The position numbers were made by a program, and so were the translations under genes. DNA of 64,000 nucleotides from an uncultured bacterium (GTDB taxonomy: Bacteria > Actinomycetota > Acidimicrobiia > Spongiisociales > UBA5794): positions 320,001 through 384,000 of the forward strand of contig CAWDDT010000009.1 of NCBI GenBank assembly GCA_963801165.1, written 5' to 3'. The notes under the pieces are model-generated. The model was given only the letters and a program-made list of their open reading frames with translations, did not search any database and was not told the origin of the DNA. Every line of letters starts with the position of its first letter. Position 1 is the first letter of the stretch. Of the stretch, positions 18,335-27,630 are shown one piece after another.

Positions 18335-19530
18335 TGGTTCCCACCGAAGCGCAACTCGACATGTGTGTCACCTGCGGCCTGTGTCTGCCCCACTGCCCGA
18401 CATTCCGGCTGACCGGTGACGAGATAGCCTCGCCTCGGGGGAGGCTTGCGGCGATGGCGGCGATCAGCCGCGGGGAGGCTCCCAGTGACGGGGCATACGA
18501 CGAGATGATGTCGTTCTGCCTCCAATGCCGGGCATGTGAGGCGGCGTGCCCTTCGCTGGTTCCCTTCGGGCGGATGATGGAGGGGGCACGCGAGCAGCTC
18601 GCCAAGGACCAGCCGACGTCGGGCCGACGGGTGCGAAGGTTCATCGTCGGCCGGGTTCTCAACATGAAGTGGTTGCTGGCTCTGGCCACATCGGCCATCG
18701 GTCTTCTTCAGAAGCTCGGTTTGATCCGGCTGTTGCCGAAGTCGCTACGGGTCGCCCGCGGACTTCGCCCGCTGCGGGTGTTCCCGCACACGGTGGTTGG
18801 TGTCGCCGACGAGGCACCGGCTCAGCCTATGGGAAGGGTGGCTCTACTCGCCGGTTGTGTAATGGACGAGTGGTTCCCCGCGGTTCACGACGCCACCCGT
18901 GGGGTGCTGCAGGTTGCCGGATACGAGGTCTACAGCCCCAAGGGCCAGCAATGTTGTGGTGCTCTCGCCGCACACGAGGGCGCCGCAGACGACGCCAGGA
19001 GGATGGCGAGACGCAATACCGGGGCGTTCGCCGGCTTCGATCTGGTCGTGGCAGACGCTGCCGGATGCTCGGCGCACCTCAAGGACTACGGCGAGTGGGC
19101 GCCTGGTGGGGACGCCATCGCCGAGCGGACCCGGGACGTCACCGAGCTGGTTGCCGAGCTGCTGGCCGCGGGCCGATTGCCCCGGGCCTCGATCTCGCGG
19201 GGACGGGTCGCCATCCACGACCCATGCCATCTCCGCCACGCCCAGCGGATCACAGCGGCGCCGCGCGACATCGTCCGTGCCGCCGGGTACGAACCGGTGG
19301 AGATAGATCCCGATGGGCTGTGCTGCGGGGCGGCAGGGCTGTACATGGTGTACGAGCCGGAGGCGGCCGACGAGCTCGGAGACCGCAAGGCTCAGCAGGT
19401 AGTGGCCACGGGTTTGGACATCGTCGTCTCGGCCAATCCGGGATGTGAGATCCAGCTGCGGTCACACCTCGGCGGCGGTTACCGGGTCGTCCATCCGGTC
19501 GAGCTCTATTGGGAGTCGCTGAATCGGTGA
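18334..19530 (+). CDS. glcF: Glycolate oxidase Fe-S subunit
   Basis: CVTCGLCLPHCPTF, CLQCRACEAACPS, two CCG domains (CCGAL, HDPCHL, CCGAAG, ANPGC). Confidence 0.88.
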   Translation: MVPTEAQLDMCVTCGLCLPHCPTFRLTGDEIASPRGRLAAMAAISRGEAPSDGAYDEMMSFCLQCRACEAACPSLVPFGRMMEGAREQLAKDQPTSGRRVRRFIVGRVLNMKWLLALATSAIGLLQKLGLIRLLPKSLRVARGLRPLRVFPHTVVGVADEAPAQPMGRVALLAGCVMDEWFPAVHDATRGVLQVAGYEVYSPKGQQCCGALAAHEGAADDARRMARRNTGAFAGFDLVVADAAGCSAHLKDYGEWAPGGDAIAERTRDVTELVAELLAAGRLPRASISRGRVAIHDPCHLRHAQRITAAPRDIVRAAGYEPVEIDPDGLCCGAAGLYMVYEPEAADELGDRKAQQVVATGLDIVVSANPGCEIQLRSHLGGGYRVVHPVELYWESLNR

Positions 19531-19537
19531 GCGACCG

Positions 19538-20407
19538 TCACAGGGCCCGCTCGAAGATGTAGAGCGGCTCGATCTCGAATCCTGTCTGCGAAAGGGCGTC
19601 GATGAGCCAATCGACCGCTGGAACGATGATCCGTAGCTCGGCGACGTCCGCATCGATCGCGAGGTCGACTGTCGAGCGGATCAAGTCGACGATGTCGTCC
19701 GGGCCGCATTCGAGCCATTCGACATAGAGGCCGTCGCTGTCGTGCCGGGTCACCAGCCATCCGGCCTGAGAGCTCCACAGGCGCCCCTTCTTGCCTGCGC
19801 GCTCGAGATGCTCGGCAGTCAGCCACGACCACCGCCAGCCGTCGACATGGAGCCCGCGGGCCGGCCGAGCGAGGGGACCCGACTGCCACGACACCCATGC
19901 CGGAGCTGCTTCCGACGAGTGAGCGATCTCGAGCTTGCGTCGTGCCTTCGCACGCTGCCCACCGTTGCTCGAGGCAACGGGTTCGCGATCCGACACCGAG
20001 CGCCGTGCTATCGCCCATTCACCGGCGCGACGGAAGCCGCTTTGCTCGACCTGGCGTTGTGCCGGCTCGTTCCACCCTTCGGTCAGCAGACGGGCTACAC
20101 GGGCGCCTCTGTCCCGGGCCCAATCGACAAGCGACTCCCCGAGTGCCGAGGCGATACCGCGGCGACGCCAGTCCTGGCTGACACGCGCCCCCTGCAGCCA
20201 CAACTCGGTGTCGCTCATCATCACTCCCCGGCTCATGGCGACAGGTGTGTCCTTCTCGTCAACGGCGACCATCACGCGCCCTCGCTCGTCGCTGACCCAG
20301 TGGGGGAACACCTCGACGACGTAGTCACCCCAGTCGAATGTGTCCTGAGTGAAGCCTGCGATGGAATCGATGTCCTCGGGGCGGGCGGGCCGCATGGCGT
20401 AGCTCAT
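19538..20407 (-). CDS. GNAT family N-acetyltransferase
   Basis: WLQGARVSQDWRRRGIA (motif A), N..A....E..GF. Confidence 0.8.
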   Translation of the reverse strand: MSYAMRPARPEDIDSIAGFTQDTFDWGDYVVEVFPHWVSDERGRVMVAVDEKDTPVAMSRGVMMSDTELWLQGARVSQDWRRRGIASALGESLVDWARDRGARVARLLTEGWNEPAQRQVEQSGFRRAGEWAIARRSVSDREPVASSNGGQRAKARRKLEIAHSSEAAPAWVSWQSGPLARPARGLHVDGWRWSWLTAEHLERAGKKGRLWSSQAGWLVTRHDSDGLYVEWLECGPDDIVDLIRSTVDLAIDADVAELRIIVPAVDWLIDALSQTGFEIEPLYIFERAL

Positions 20408-20504
20408 GGGTGGGAGGTTAGGCCGCGGCTCCCCTGGCACCACAAAACGCCGCCGACACGGATCAGGTCCTACTGCGAGGGCACCAACCCACTGGTTGTC
20501 ACCC

Positions 20505-22532
20505 CTAGTACGCGGCCAGGGATTTCGCCTGCTCCATGATTCCTTCGACGGACGGGAACACTTGCTCCTCTAGCGTCGATGAGTAGGGGAACGACGGTAT
20601 CTCCGGGGCGCAATACCGGCGTATCGGTGCGTCCAGCCAGTCGAGGGATTTCTCGGCGATCTGGGCGGCGATCTCGGCACCGAACCCGCCGAACTTGTTG
20701 TCCTCGTGGACGATGAGCACCTTGCCATTGCGACGCACTGCCCGTTCGATCGAGGGCCAGTCGAGCGGCCGCAGCGAACGGAGATCGAGCACGGCGGCTT
20801 CGACATCCTCCTCGCGCAGCCTGTCGGAGGCCTCGACCGCGAAGTGTGCCATCGTCCCGTACGCGATGATGGTTAGATCGTCGCCGGTACGTCGCAGGGC
20901 CGCCCGACCGATCGGCACTCGATGCGGCCCGTCCGGCACCGGCCCGGTCGCCAGCCGGTAGAGCTTCTTCGGCTCCAGGAACATCACCGGGTCGGGATCC
21001 TCTACCGCCGACCACAGCAGCCCACGGGCGTCTGCCGGCGTGGATGGCACCACCACCTTCAGTCCGGGGACGTGCGTATAGAACGCTTCGATGGACTGGG
21101 AGTGGTAGAGGGCACCGTGGATGCCGCCGCCGTAAGGGACCCGGATCACGAGTGGTGACGACCAGCGGCCCTTGGTCCGGTAGTGGAGCCGGGCCACCTC
21201 GGAGACGATCTGGTCGAAACCGGGGTGGATGAAATCGGCGAACTGGATCTCGGTGATCGGGCGTGCTCCGGCGGCACCCATGCCGACGGCCACGCCTACG
21301 ATGAGCGATTCCGCCAGCGGCATGTTGAAGCACCGGTCTGCGCCGTACTCGTTGGTGAGACCAACCGTCGCCTTGAAGACTCCACCCTTGGGATCGGCGA
21401 CATCCTCGCCGAAAACCACGGTCTCGTCGTGCTCGGCCATTATGTCGTGGAGCGTCCGATTGATCGTGGAGATCAGGTTCATGGTCTCGCCGATCGGTTC
21501 CGGCTCCTCCTCAGTTACGGCGTTGTCGGGCACGATCGGGAGGGCATAGACCGCCGACTCCCAGTCGAGCGCCTCGGGAGCCGCATCCGCCTCCTTGACC
21601 GCAACCGCGATCTCGTTGGTTACCTCGCTCTCGATCTTCGCTTCCAGGTCCTCGTCGAGGAGACGGGACTCCACCAGATACTGCTTGAGGACGAGGATGG
21701 GATCCTTGCGACGCCATAGCTCGACCTCTTCGGCCGAGCGGTACACCTTGTCGTCGTCGTCGGACGTATGGGCGTAGTAGCGGTAGGTCTTCGCTTCGAT
21801 CAGCGACGGACCTTCTCCTGAGCGAGCCCGCTGCACCGCGGCAGCCATGACACCGTACACGGCGAGCACGTCGTTCCCGTCGACCTCGACGCCAGGCATC
21901 CCGTAGCCTCCGGCGCGGGCGGCAACGGTTCCGGCGACCTCTTCGCGGGTGGGGGTCGAGATCGCGTAGAGGTTGTTCTCCACCAGGAAGATCACAGGCA
22001 GCTTGTGCAACCCGGCGAAATTCATTGCCTCGTGGAAGTCACCTTCCGATGTGGCTCCCTCACCGGAAGAGACCATGACAACGCCGTCACTCCCGGTGGT
22101 CTTGAGCTGCTGAGCGATACCGCAGGCATGCGGAAACTGGGTTGCGATCACCGACGAGTGGGAGAAGATATTGAGGTTCGGCTCGCTCCAGTGGTTCGGC
22201 ATCTGACGACCGGCGTTGGCCGGATCGGTGCCTTTGGCGAACACACCGAGGAACATGTCTTTTGGCGATAATCCCATCGCCAGATTGAACGCGACGTCGC
22301 GGTAATAGGGGAGAGACCAGTCCCTCGTCTTGTCGAGGGCAAAGGCGGCCCCCACCTGGGTCCCCTCATGCCCGGCCACCGACACCACGAACGGGACGCG
22401 GCCCTGTCGGTTGAGAGCCCACACCCGCTCGTCCAGCTTCCTGGCGAGCAGCATCATCCGATACATGTCGATCAACTGATCGTCCGATAAGCCCAGGGCG
22501 CTGTGATCTCTCACGTTGTCGAGCTCCAACAT
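20505..22532 (-). CDS. Fused E1 alpha/beta subunit of a 2-oxoacid (probably branched-chain) dehydrogenase
   Basis: Alpha: YYRD, GRQMPNHW, TPP motif GEGATSEG...VENN, HTSDDD. Beta: GEDV, PLAES, EIQFADF, GALYHSQS, DLRSLRPLD. SD AGGAGG. Confidence 0.9.
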   Translation of the reverse strand: MLELDNVRDHSALGLSDDQLIDMYRMMLLARKLDERVWALNRQGRVPFVVSVAGHEGTQVGAAFALDKTRDWSLPYYRDVAFNLAMGLSPKDMFLGVFAKGTDPANAGRQMPNHWSEPNLNIFSHSSVIATQFPHACGIAQQLKTTGSDGVVMVSSGEGATSEGDFHEAMNFAGLHKLPVIFLVENNLYAISTPTREEVAGTVAARAGGYGMPGVEVDGNDVLAVYGVMAAAVQRARSGEGPSLIEAKTYRYYAHTSDDDDKVYRSAEEVELWRRKDPILVLKQYLVESRLLDEDLEAKIESEVTNEIAVAVKEADAAPEALDWESAVYALPIVPDNAVTEEEPEPIGETMNLISTINRTLHDIMAEHDETVVFGEDVADPKGGVFKATVGLTNEYGADRCFNMPLAESLIVGVAVGMGAAGARPITEIQFADFIHPGFDQIVSEVARLHYRTKGRWSSPLVIRVPYGGGIHGALYHSQSIEAFYTHVPGLKVVVPSTPADARGLLWSAVEDPDPVMFLEPKKLYRLATGPVPDGPHRVPIGRAALRRTGDDLTIIAYGTMAHFAVEASDRLREEDVEAAVLDLRSLRPLDWPSIERAVRRNGKVLIVHEDNKFGGFGAEIAAQIAEKSLDWLDAPIRRYCAPEIPSFPYSSTLEEQVFPSVEGIMEQAKSLAAY

Positions 22533-22555
22533 GCTGTCTCCTCCTGGCGGCCCGT

Positions 22556-23635
22556 CTAGCGCGACGTATGCCCCCGTCGCCTCAGTTTGATACTGCCGAT
22601 GCTCTCGATCCGTTCTCTTGCCACCTCGAGAGCAGCGGCGTTGGGATTGATGCTGCGCAGTGCTGCGGTCTCCAGCACCCGCGTCGTGTTGTCGTGGATA
22701 CGATCGATTGCGGTCGCCGCTCTGGTCCAGTCGTAGCCGTTGACCTCGTTGGCGATGTTGATGATCCCGCCCGCGTTGGCTACGAAATCCGGTACGTACA
22801 CGATGCCGCGGCCGGCCAGCTGCTCGGCCTGGGCGTCGGTGGCGAGCTGGTTGTTGGCCGATCCAACAACGGCCTTGCAGTTCAGCACCCCGACCGTGTC
22901 TCGGCTGATGACCCCGCCGAGGGCACACGGCGCAAAGATGTCACACTCCACCCCGAGAATCTCGTCGATGGCAACGACCCGCGAGCCGTGAGCCGACGCC
23001 ATCGCCGCGGCCGACCCGTCCCGAAGGTCTGCGACGATGGTACGCGCCCCGGCCTTGGTCAGCCTCTCGACGAGGTTGGAGCCGACCTTGCCGACGCCCT
23101 GGACGGCAACGGTCCGATCGGACAGATCATCGGTGCCCCATACGTGCACGGACATGGCACGCATCGCGGCGATGACCCCGCGGGCCGTCGCCGGGGAGGG
23201 GTCGCCCGAGCCGCCATGTGACTCGGGAAGCCCGGTGACCCACTGCGTTTCGGTGGCGATCGTGATCATGTCGGCGGTCGTGGTCCCTACGTCCTCGGCG
23301 GTGACGTAGCGGCCGCCGAGCGAGTCGACGAGACGGCCGAAGGAGCGGAGCAGACGCTCGGAGCGGAGTTGCTCGGGATCGCCGATGATCACTGCCTTGC
23401 CGCCGCCCAGATCCAGACCCGCCGCCGCCGACTTGTACGTCATGCCCTTCGCCAGCCGGAGAGCGTCTGTCAGGGCATCATCTTCGGATTCGTACGGAAA
23501 AAAGCGAGTCCCGCCTAGCGCGGGACCAAGTGCGGTGGAGTGGATGGCGATGATGGCCTTCAACCCCGATATCGGATCGTGACCGTAAAGGATCTCTTCG
23601 TGGGTGTCGGAGGCGATCGCCTCGAATACTCCCAA
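22556..23635 (-). CDS. Leu/Val/Phe dehydrogenase
   Basis: LGPALGGTR, GMTYK, GGGK, AEDVGT, GSGDPS, QGVGKVG, PCALG, GSANNQL. TTG start after AAGGAG. Confidence 0.92.
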   Translation of the reverse strand: MGVFEAIASDTHEEILYGHDPISGLKAIIAIHSTALGPALGGTRFFPYESEDDALTDALRLAKGMTYKSAAAGLDLGGGKAVIIGDPEQLRSERLLRSFGRLVDSLGGRYVTAEDVGTTTADMITIATETQWVTGLPESHGGSGDPSPATARGVIAAMRAMSVHVWGTDDLSDRTVAVQGVGKVGSNLVERLTKAGARTIVADLRDGSAAAMASAHGSRVVAIDEILGVECDIFAPCALGGVISRDTVGVLNCKAVVGSANNQLATDAQAEQLAGRGIVYVPDFVANAGGIINIANEVNGYDWTRAATAIDRIHDNTTRVLETAALRSINPNAAALEVARERIESIGSIKLRRRGHTSR

Positions 23636-23776
23636 CAGATGCTCCTTTCCGGGCGGCCGGTAGCCGTGTGCTGCGGCCCCATGCATTTATGAATTCTAAT
23701 GGACAAGCGTCGGTTTGGCCCCTCACTTTCCCAATCCACCCAACCGTGGGCTTCGTGCGATCGTTAGGATCGGGTC

Positions 23777-24529
23777 ATGATTCGCACGGCGCATCTCCGC
23801 TCGTACCTTCGCGAAGAGGGCATGCCGCGCTACGAGAGCGATGCCGTTGCCGAGGACGGCCCGGTGCGTGGCGATGCCAACTTCCTCTGGCGGGAGATCG
23901 ACACCGACGATGCTTTCACCGCTGAATGGGGCGGGGCCCGCTACGTGTGTCCGCGCAACTTCCGTTTGCGGAAGTTGGAGGGGTTGCTTGCGTTCAACAA
24001 CGCTTTCCCCGAGTCGGGTCTGATCCCGCACCGGGCGCTCATGGACGCCGCTGCACAGCTCGAGTCGTTGCGAGGCGGATCGCCGATGATGCGGTCCTAC
24101 ATCCTCACCTCGCCATGGCACGTGCCGATCCGCTGGTTCGGTGCGTTTCTGCACGAGGAGCGGGCCACCTATGAGCATGCGGCTGGCCTGTCCGTCAGAT
24201 ACCGGGCGCTCATGTCGGATGCCCGCCACCGCGTGGAGCGGGGGGCACGCATCCTCGCCGATGCTGGTTTCGACGGGTCGGTTGTGGGGCAGGTCCGCTC
24301 GCTTGGATCGTGGCTCGAGGCCTTCCCCGATGACGGAATGCTCGAACTCGACTACGGCACGGTGGCCACGCTCTTCTCGGAAGGAGACCTGGTGCTCGAC
24401 GAGTCCGCTGCCGACGTTGCGGCCAGTCTTCTCGCCCTCGAGCACGGCGACATGGAGGCGGCGGCAGAGCACTACGCAACCCTGACGAGACGCTGGGGCC
24501 ACGTCCAGGCCCTCTCCTTCAGCAACTGA
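23777..24529 (+). CDS. Conserved actinobacterial hypothetical protein, divergent from the Leu/Val dehydrogenase
   Basis: HLRSY, VCPR, WHVPIRWF, WLEAF...LELDYG, DESAADV, RW...SN. Resembles, from memory, the Streptomyces vdh-neighbour protein. Confidence 0.7.
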   Translation: MIRTAHLRSYLREEGMPRYESDAVAEDGPVRGDANFLWREIDTDDAFTAEWGGARYVCPRNFRLRKLEGLLAFNNAFPESGLIPHRALMDAAAQLESLRGGSPMMRSYILTSPWHVPIRWFGAFLHEERATYEHAAGLSVRYRALMSDARHRVERGARILADAGFDGSVVGQVRSLGSWLEAFPDDGMLELDYGTVATLFSEGDLVLDESAADVAASLLALEHGDMEAAAEHYATLTRRWGHVQALSFSN

Positions 24530-24535
24530 GCCCGA

Positions 24536-24790
24536 CCCGCCCGGAGGGAGGGTGATTTTCCTCACCCTGTGGGAGAGGTGGCAGCGAAGCGAAGCCGGTG
24601 AGGGCGCCGTGGATTCGCGCCAGCGTCGGCGGTGTGTTGGATGTTTGGTTTGTCTGTGTCGTGTCGCTCGGCGGAGCTACGAAGGCCCTCCTCGACCTGG
24701 CCCTCCGGGCCGGTCGATCCTCCCAGAGGGAGGATGAATTCCTTCCTATCCGTGGAGAGGTAGCTGCCTGAGCGAAGCTCAGGCAGCTAC
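24536..24790. repeat. Composite palindromic intergenic repeat (REP/CIR/MITE-like)
   Basis: Two related GAGGGAGG(G/A)TGA-x-TTCCT..GGAGAGGT(G/A)GC units; hairpins CCTCCC-aga-GGGAGG and a perfect 14-bp GTAGCTGCCTGAGC-gaa-GCTCAGGCAGCTAC (24760-24790). Confidence 0.6.
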
Positions 24791-24801
24791 GCTCGCCGGT
24801 G

Positions 24802-27567
24802 ATGACGCTCCCGTCCGACTCCAGCGCCGCACTCCGGTCCGAGATTCGCCTCCTCGGCAATCTGCTGGGCCAGACGCTCGTGCGCCAGGAAGGGCAGGAA
24901 CTTCTCGATCTGGTCGAGGAGGTGCGGGCGCTGGTCAAGCGGGTGAGAGATGCGGAGGGCACCCCCGATTCGGTAACGCCCCGCCGCGAGCTGCTCGAGC
25001 TGCTCGGTGTTCTCGAGCTCCCCACGATCATCTCGCTGGTGCGGGCGTTCACCACCTACTTCTATCTAGCCAACGTGGCCGAGCAGACCTACCGCCTCGA
25101 TGACCAGGCTTTGCGCCGGGATCGGCACCACCCCATCCTGTCCGACGTCGTCGACAGGGTCTTGGCGCAGGCGGTACCGCTCGACCTGATCCAGGGCGTT
25201 GTCGATCGTCTCGACGTGAGGCCGGTGTTCACCGCACACCCGACCGAGGCGGCCCGGCGCTCCATCCGCACCAAGATCATCAAGCTGGCGGAGATCCTCG
25301 AGCTGAGGGTCGATCCCCGGCTGAGCCGTTCCGCCATGGCACGGAGCGAACGGCACCTCGCCGAGCTGATCGATCTGATCTGGCAGACGGATGAGCTGCG
25401 GGTCGAGCGCCCGACGCCGATTGACGAGGCCCGTACGGTCATCGACTACTTCGACCAGATCTTCAGCGAAGTGGCGCCCGAGCTATTCGACGAGCTCGAG
25501 TTCCAGCTACACCGGACCGGGGCGGAGATGGCACTCGGAGCGCGCCCGCTGCACTTCGGCACCTGGGTGGGCGGTGATCGCGATGGCAATCCCAACGTCA
25601 CTGCGGAGACCACCCTCACCGTCCTCGGGGCACAGCACCAGCATGCACTACGTGGTCTCATCCAGGCGGTGGAGCAGCTGGCAACAGACCTGAGCGCGTC
25701 GGAGCGGATCGTCGAGATCAGCGATGAATTGCGCACGGCTTTGACAGCCGATGCCGAGCTGATGCCTGCGGTGTACCGACGTTTCAGCCGGCTGTCGGCC
25801 GGAGAGGCATACCGGCAGAAGGCGGCGTACATCCACCAACGTTTGGTCAACACCCTCAACCGGGTCTCCGACGACGCGGCCCACCAACCCGGTCTCGACT
25901 ACCAGACGTCGGCAGATCTTCTCGATGAGCTGGCTGTGATGTATCGCTCGCTCGAGGCCGCCCGCGGTGGGCTCATCGCCGACGGGACACTGAAACGGCT
26001 GATCCGACGGGTGGCCGCCTTCGGCTTCCGGCTGGCCACCATGGATGTCAGGGAGCACTCCTCGAAGCATCATGCGGCGCTAGCTGATCTGTACGCCCGG
26101 CTCGGGGAGACCGACTACACCCTGCTCGACCGGCCCGCCCGCACCGCGTTGCTCAACAGGGAGCTGGCCGGTCGCCGTCCCCTGGCGCCGATCGTGACGG
26201 TCCTCAGCGGAGAGTCGGAGCGTACGCTCGACACCTTTCATGGGGTACGCGAGGCTCTCGACCGGTTTGGTGCCAATGTCATCGAGAGCTACATCATCTC
26301 GGAGACGAGGGGCGCCGACGACGTCCTTGCCGCGGTCGTGTTGGCTCGCGAGGCGGGTCTCATCGACCTCTCTTCGGACATCGCTCGTGTCGGTTTCGTG
26401 CCGCTGTTCGAGACCATCGACGAAGTACGGGCCGCCGGCGACATTCTCGACAAGTTGCTCGCGTGTGCCCCGTACCGATCCATCGTCTCGCTTCGCGGCG
26501 ACATCCAGGAGGTCATGCTCGGCTACTCCGATTCGAGCAAGCACGGTGGTCTCGCCACCTCGCAGTGGGAGCTCTATCGGGCTTCGCGAGATCTTCGAGA
26601 TACCGCGCTCCGTCATGGTGTGGAGCTCCGCCTTTTCCACGGTCGCGGCGGTACCGTCGGCCGGGGCGGCGGACCCACCGGCGAGGCAATCATGGCCCAG
26701 CCGTGGGGGACCATCGATGGACGCATCAAGATCACCGAGCAGGGCGAGGTCATCGCCGACAAGTACGGGTTGCCCGACATGGCCCTCATCAACCTCGAGG
26801 TTCAGCTGGCGGCGACCCTCGAGGCGTCGCTGCTGCACCGCACGTCACGCCAGAACGAGGTGGTGCTGGCCGACTGGGACCGGGCGATGGACACCATCAG
26901 CGGAGCGGCCTACCGCAAATACCGGGAACTGATCGATACCCCCGATCTCGTCGAGTACTTCCTCACGTCGACTCCCGTCGAGGAGCTGGGGGCGATGAAC
27001 ATCGGATCCCGGCCGGCGCGGAGACCTGGTGGCGGCGACGACAACGTCGGTCTCGACGGGATGCGGGCGATTCCCTGGGTGTTCGGATGGACCCAGTCGC
27101 GGCAGGTGGTGCCCGGCTGGTTCGGGGTGGGCACCGGTCTGGCCGCCGCCCGGGCTGCCGGATTCACGAAGCTCATCGACCTCATGTATCAGGAGTGGCG
27201 CTTCTTCGGAGCGTTTGTCTCGAATGTCGAGATGACCCTGTCGAAGACCGACTTGACCGTCGCAGCACAATATGTCAGCTCGCTGGTCGCTCCCGAGCAT
27301 CAGCACCTCCTCGAGGTGATCCGCACCGAATACGAGCTGACGGTGGCGCAGATTCTCCAGATCACCGGCGAGGAAGAGTTGCTCGATCGCTACCCGATTC
27401 TGAAGCGCACGCTTGCGATTCGTGACCGGTACCTCGACCCGATCAGCTATCTCCAGGTCGCCCTGCTGGAACGTGCCCGCTCCGGAGAGGAACAGAGCCC
27501 CGACCTAAGGCGGGCGCTGCTCTTGACCGTGAACGGTCTTGCTGCCGGTCTCCGCAACACCGGCTGA
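24802..27567 (+). CDS. ppc: Phosphoenolpyruvate carboxylase
   Basis: VFTAHPTE, WVGGDRDGNP, VPLFET, QEVMLGYSDSSK, FHGRGGTVGRGG, TEQGE, RAIPWVF, LRNTG. Confidence 0.97.
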   Translation: MTLPSDSSAALRSEIRLLGNLLGQTLVRQEGQELLDLVEEVRALVKRVRDAEGTPDSVTPRRELLELLGVLELPTIISLVRAFTTYFYLANVAEQTYRLDDQALRRDRHHPILSDVVDRVLAQAVPLDLIQGVVDRLDVRPVFTAHPTEAARRSIRTKIIKLAEILELRVDPRLSRSAMARSERHLAELIDLIWQTDELRVERPTPIDEARTVIDYFDQIFSEVAPELFDELEFQLHRTGAEMALGARPLHFGTWVGGDRDGNPNVTAETTLTVLGAQHQHALRGLIQAVEQLATDLSASERIVEISDELRTALTADAELMPAVYRRFSRLSAGEAYRQKAAYIHQRLVNTLNRVSDDAAHQPGLDYQTSADLLDELAVMYRSLEAARGGLIADGTLKRLIRRVAAFGFRLATMDVREHSSKHHAALADLYARLGETDYTLLDRPARTALLNRELAGRRPLAPIVTVLSGESERTLDTFHGVREALDRFGANVIESYIISETRGADDVLAAVVLAREAGLIDLSSDIARVGFVPLFETIDEVRAAGDILDKLLACAPYRSIVSLRGDIQEVMLGYSDSSKHGGLATSQWELYRASRDLRDTALRHGVELRLFHGRGGTVGRGGGPTGEAIMAQPWGTIDGRIKITEQGEVIADKYGLPDMALINLEVQLAATLEASLLHRTSRQNEVVLADWDRAMDTISGAAYRKYRELIDTPDLVEYFLTSTPVEELGAMNIGSRPARRPGGGDDNVGLDGMRAIPWVFGWTQSRQVVPGWFGVGTGLAAARAAGFTKLIDLMYQEWRFFGAFVSNVEMTLSKTDLTVAAQYVSSLVAPEHQHLLEVIRTEYELTVAQILQITGEEELLDRYPILKRTLAIRDRYLDPISYLQVALLERARSGEEQSPDLRRALLLTVNGLAAGLRNTG

Positions 27568-27630
27568 TCTCGCCACGCCGTGCGGCTGACTAACGTCCCG
27601 GCAGTCGCTGAAACCCCGGGGGGTGTCACG

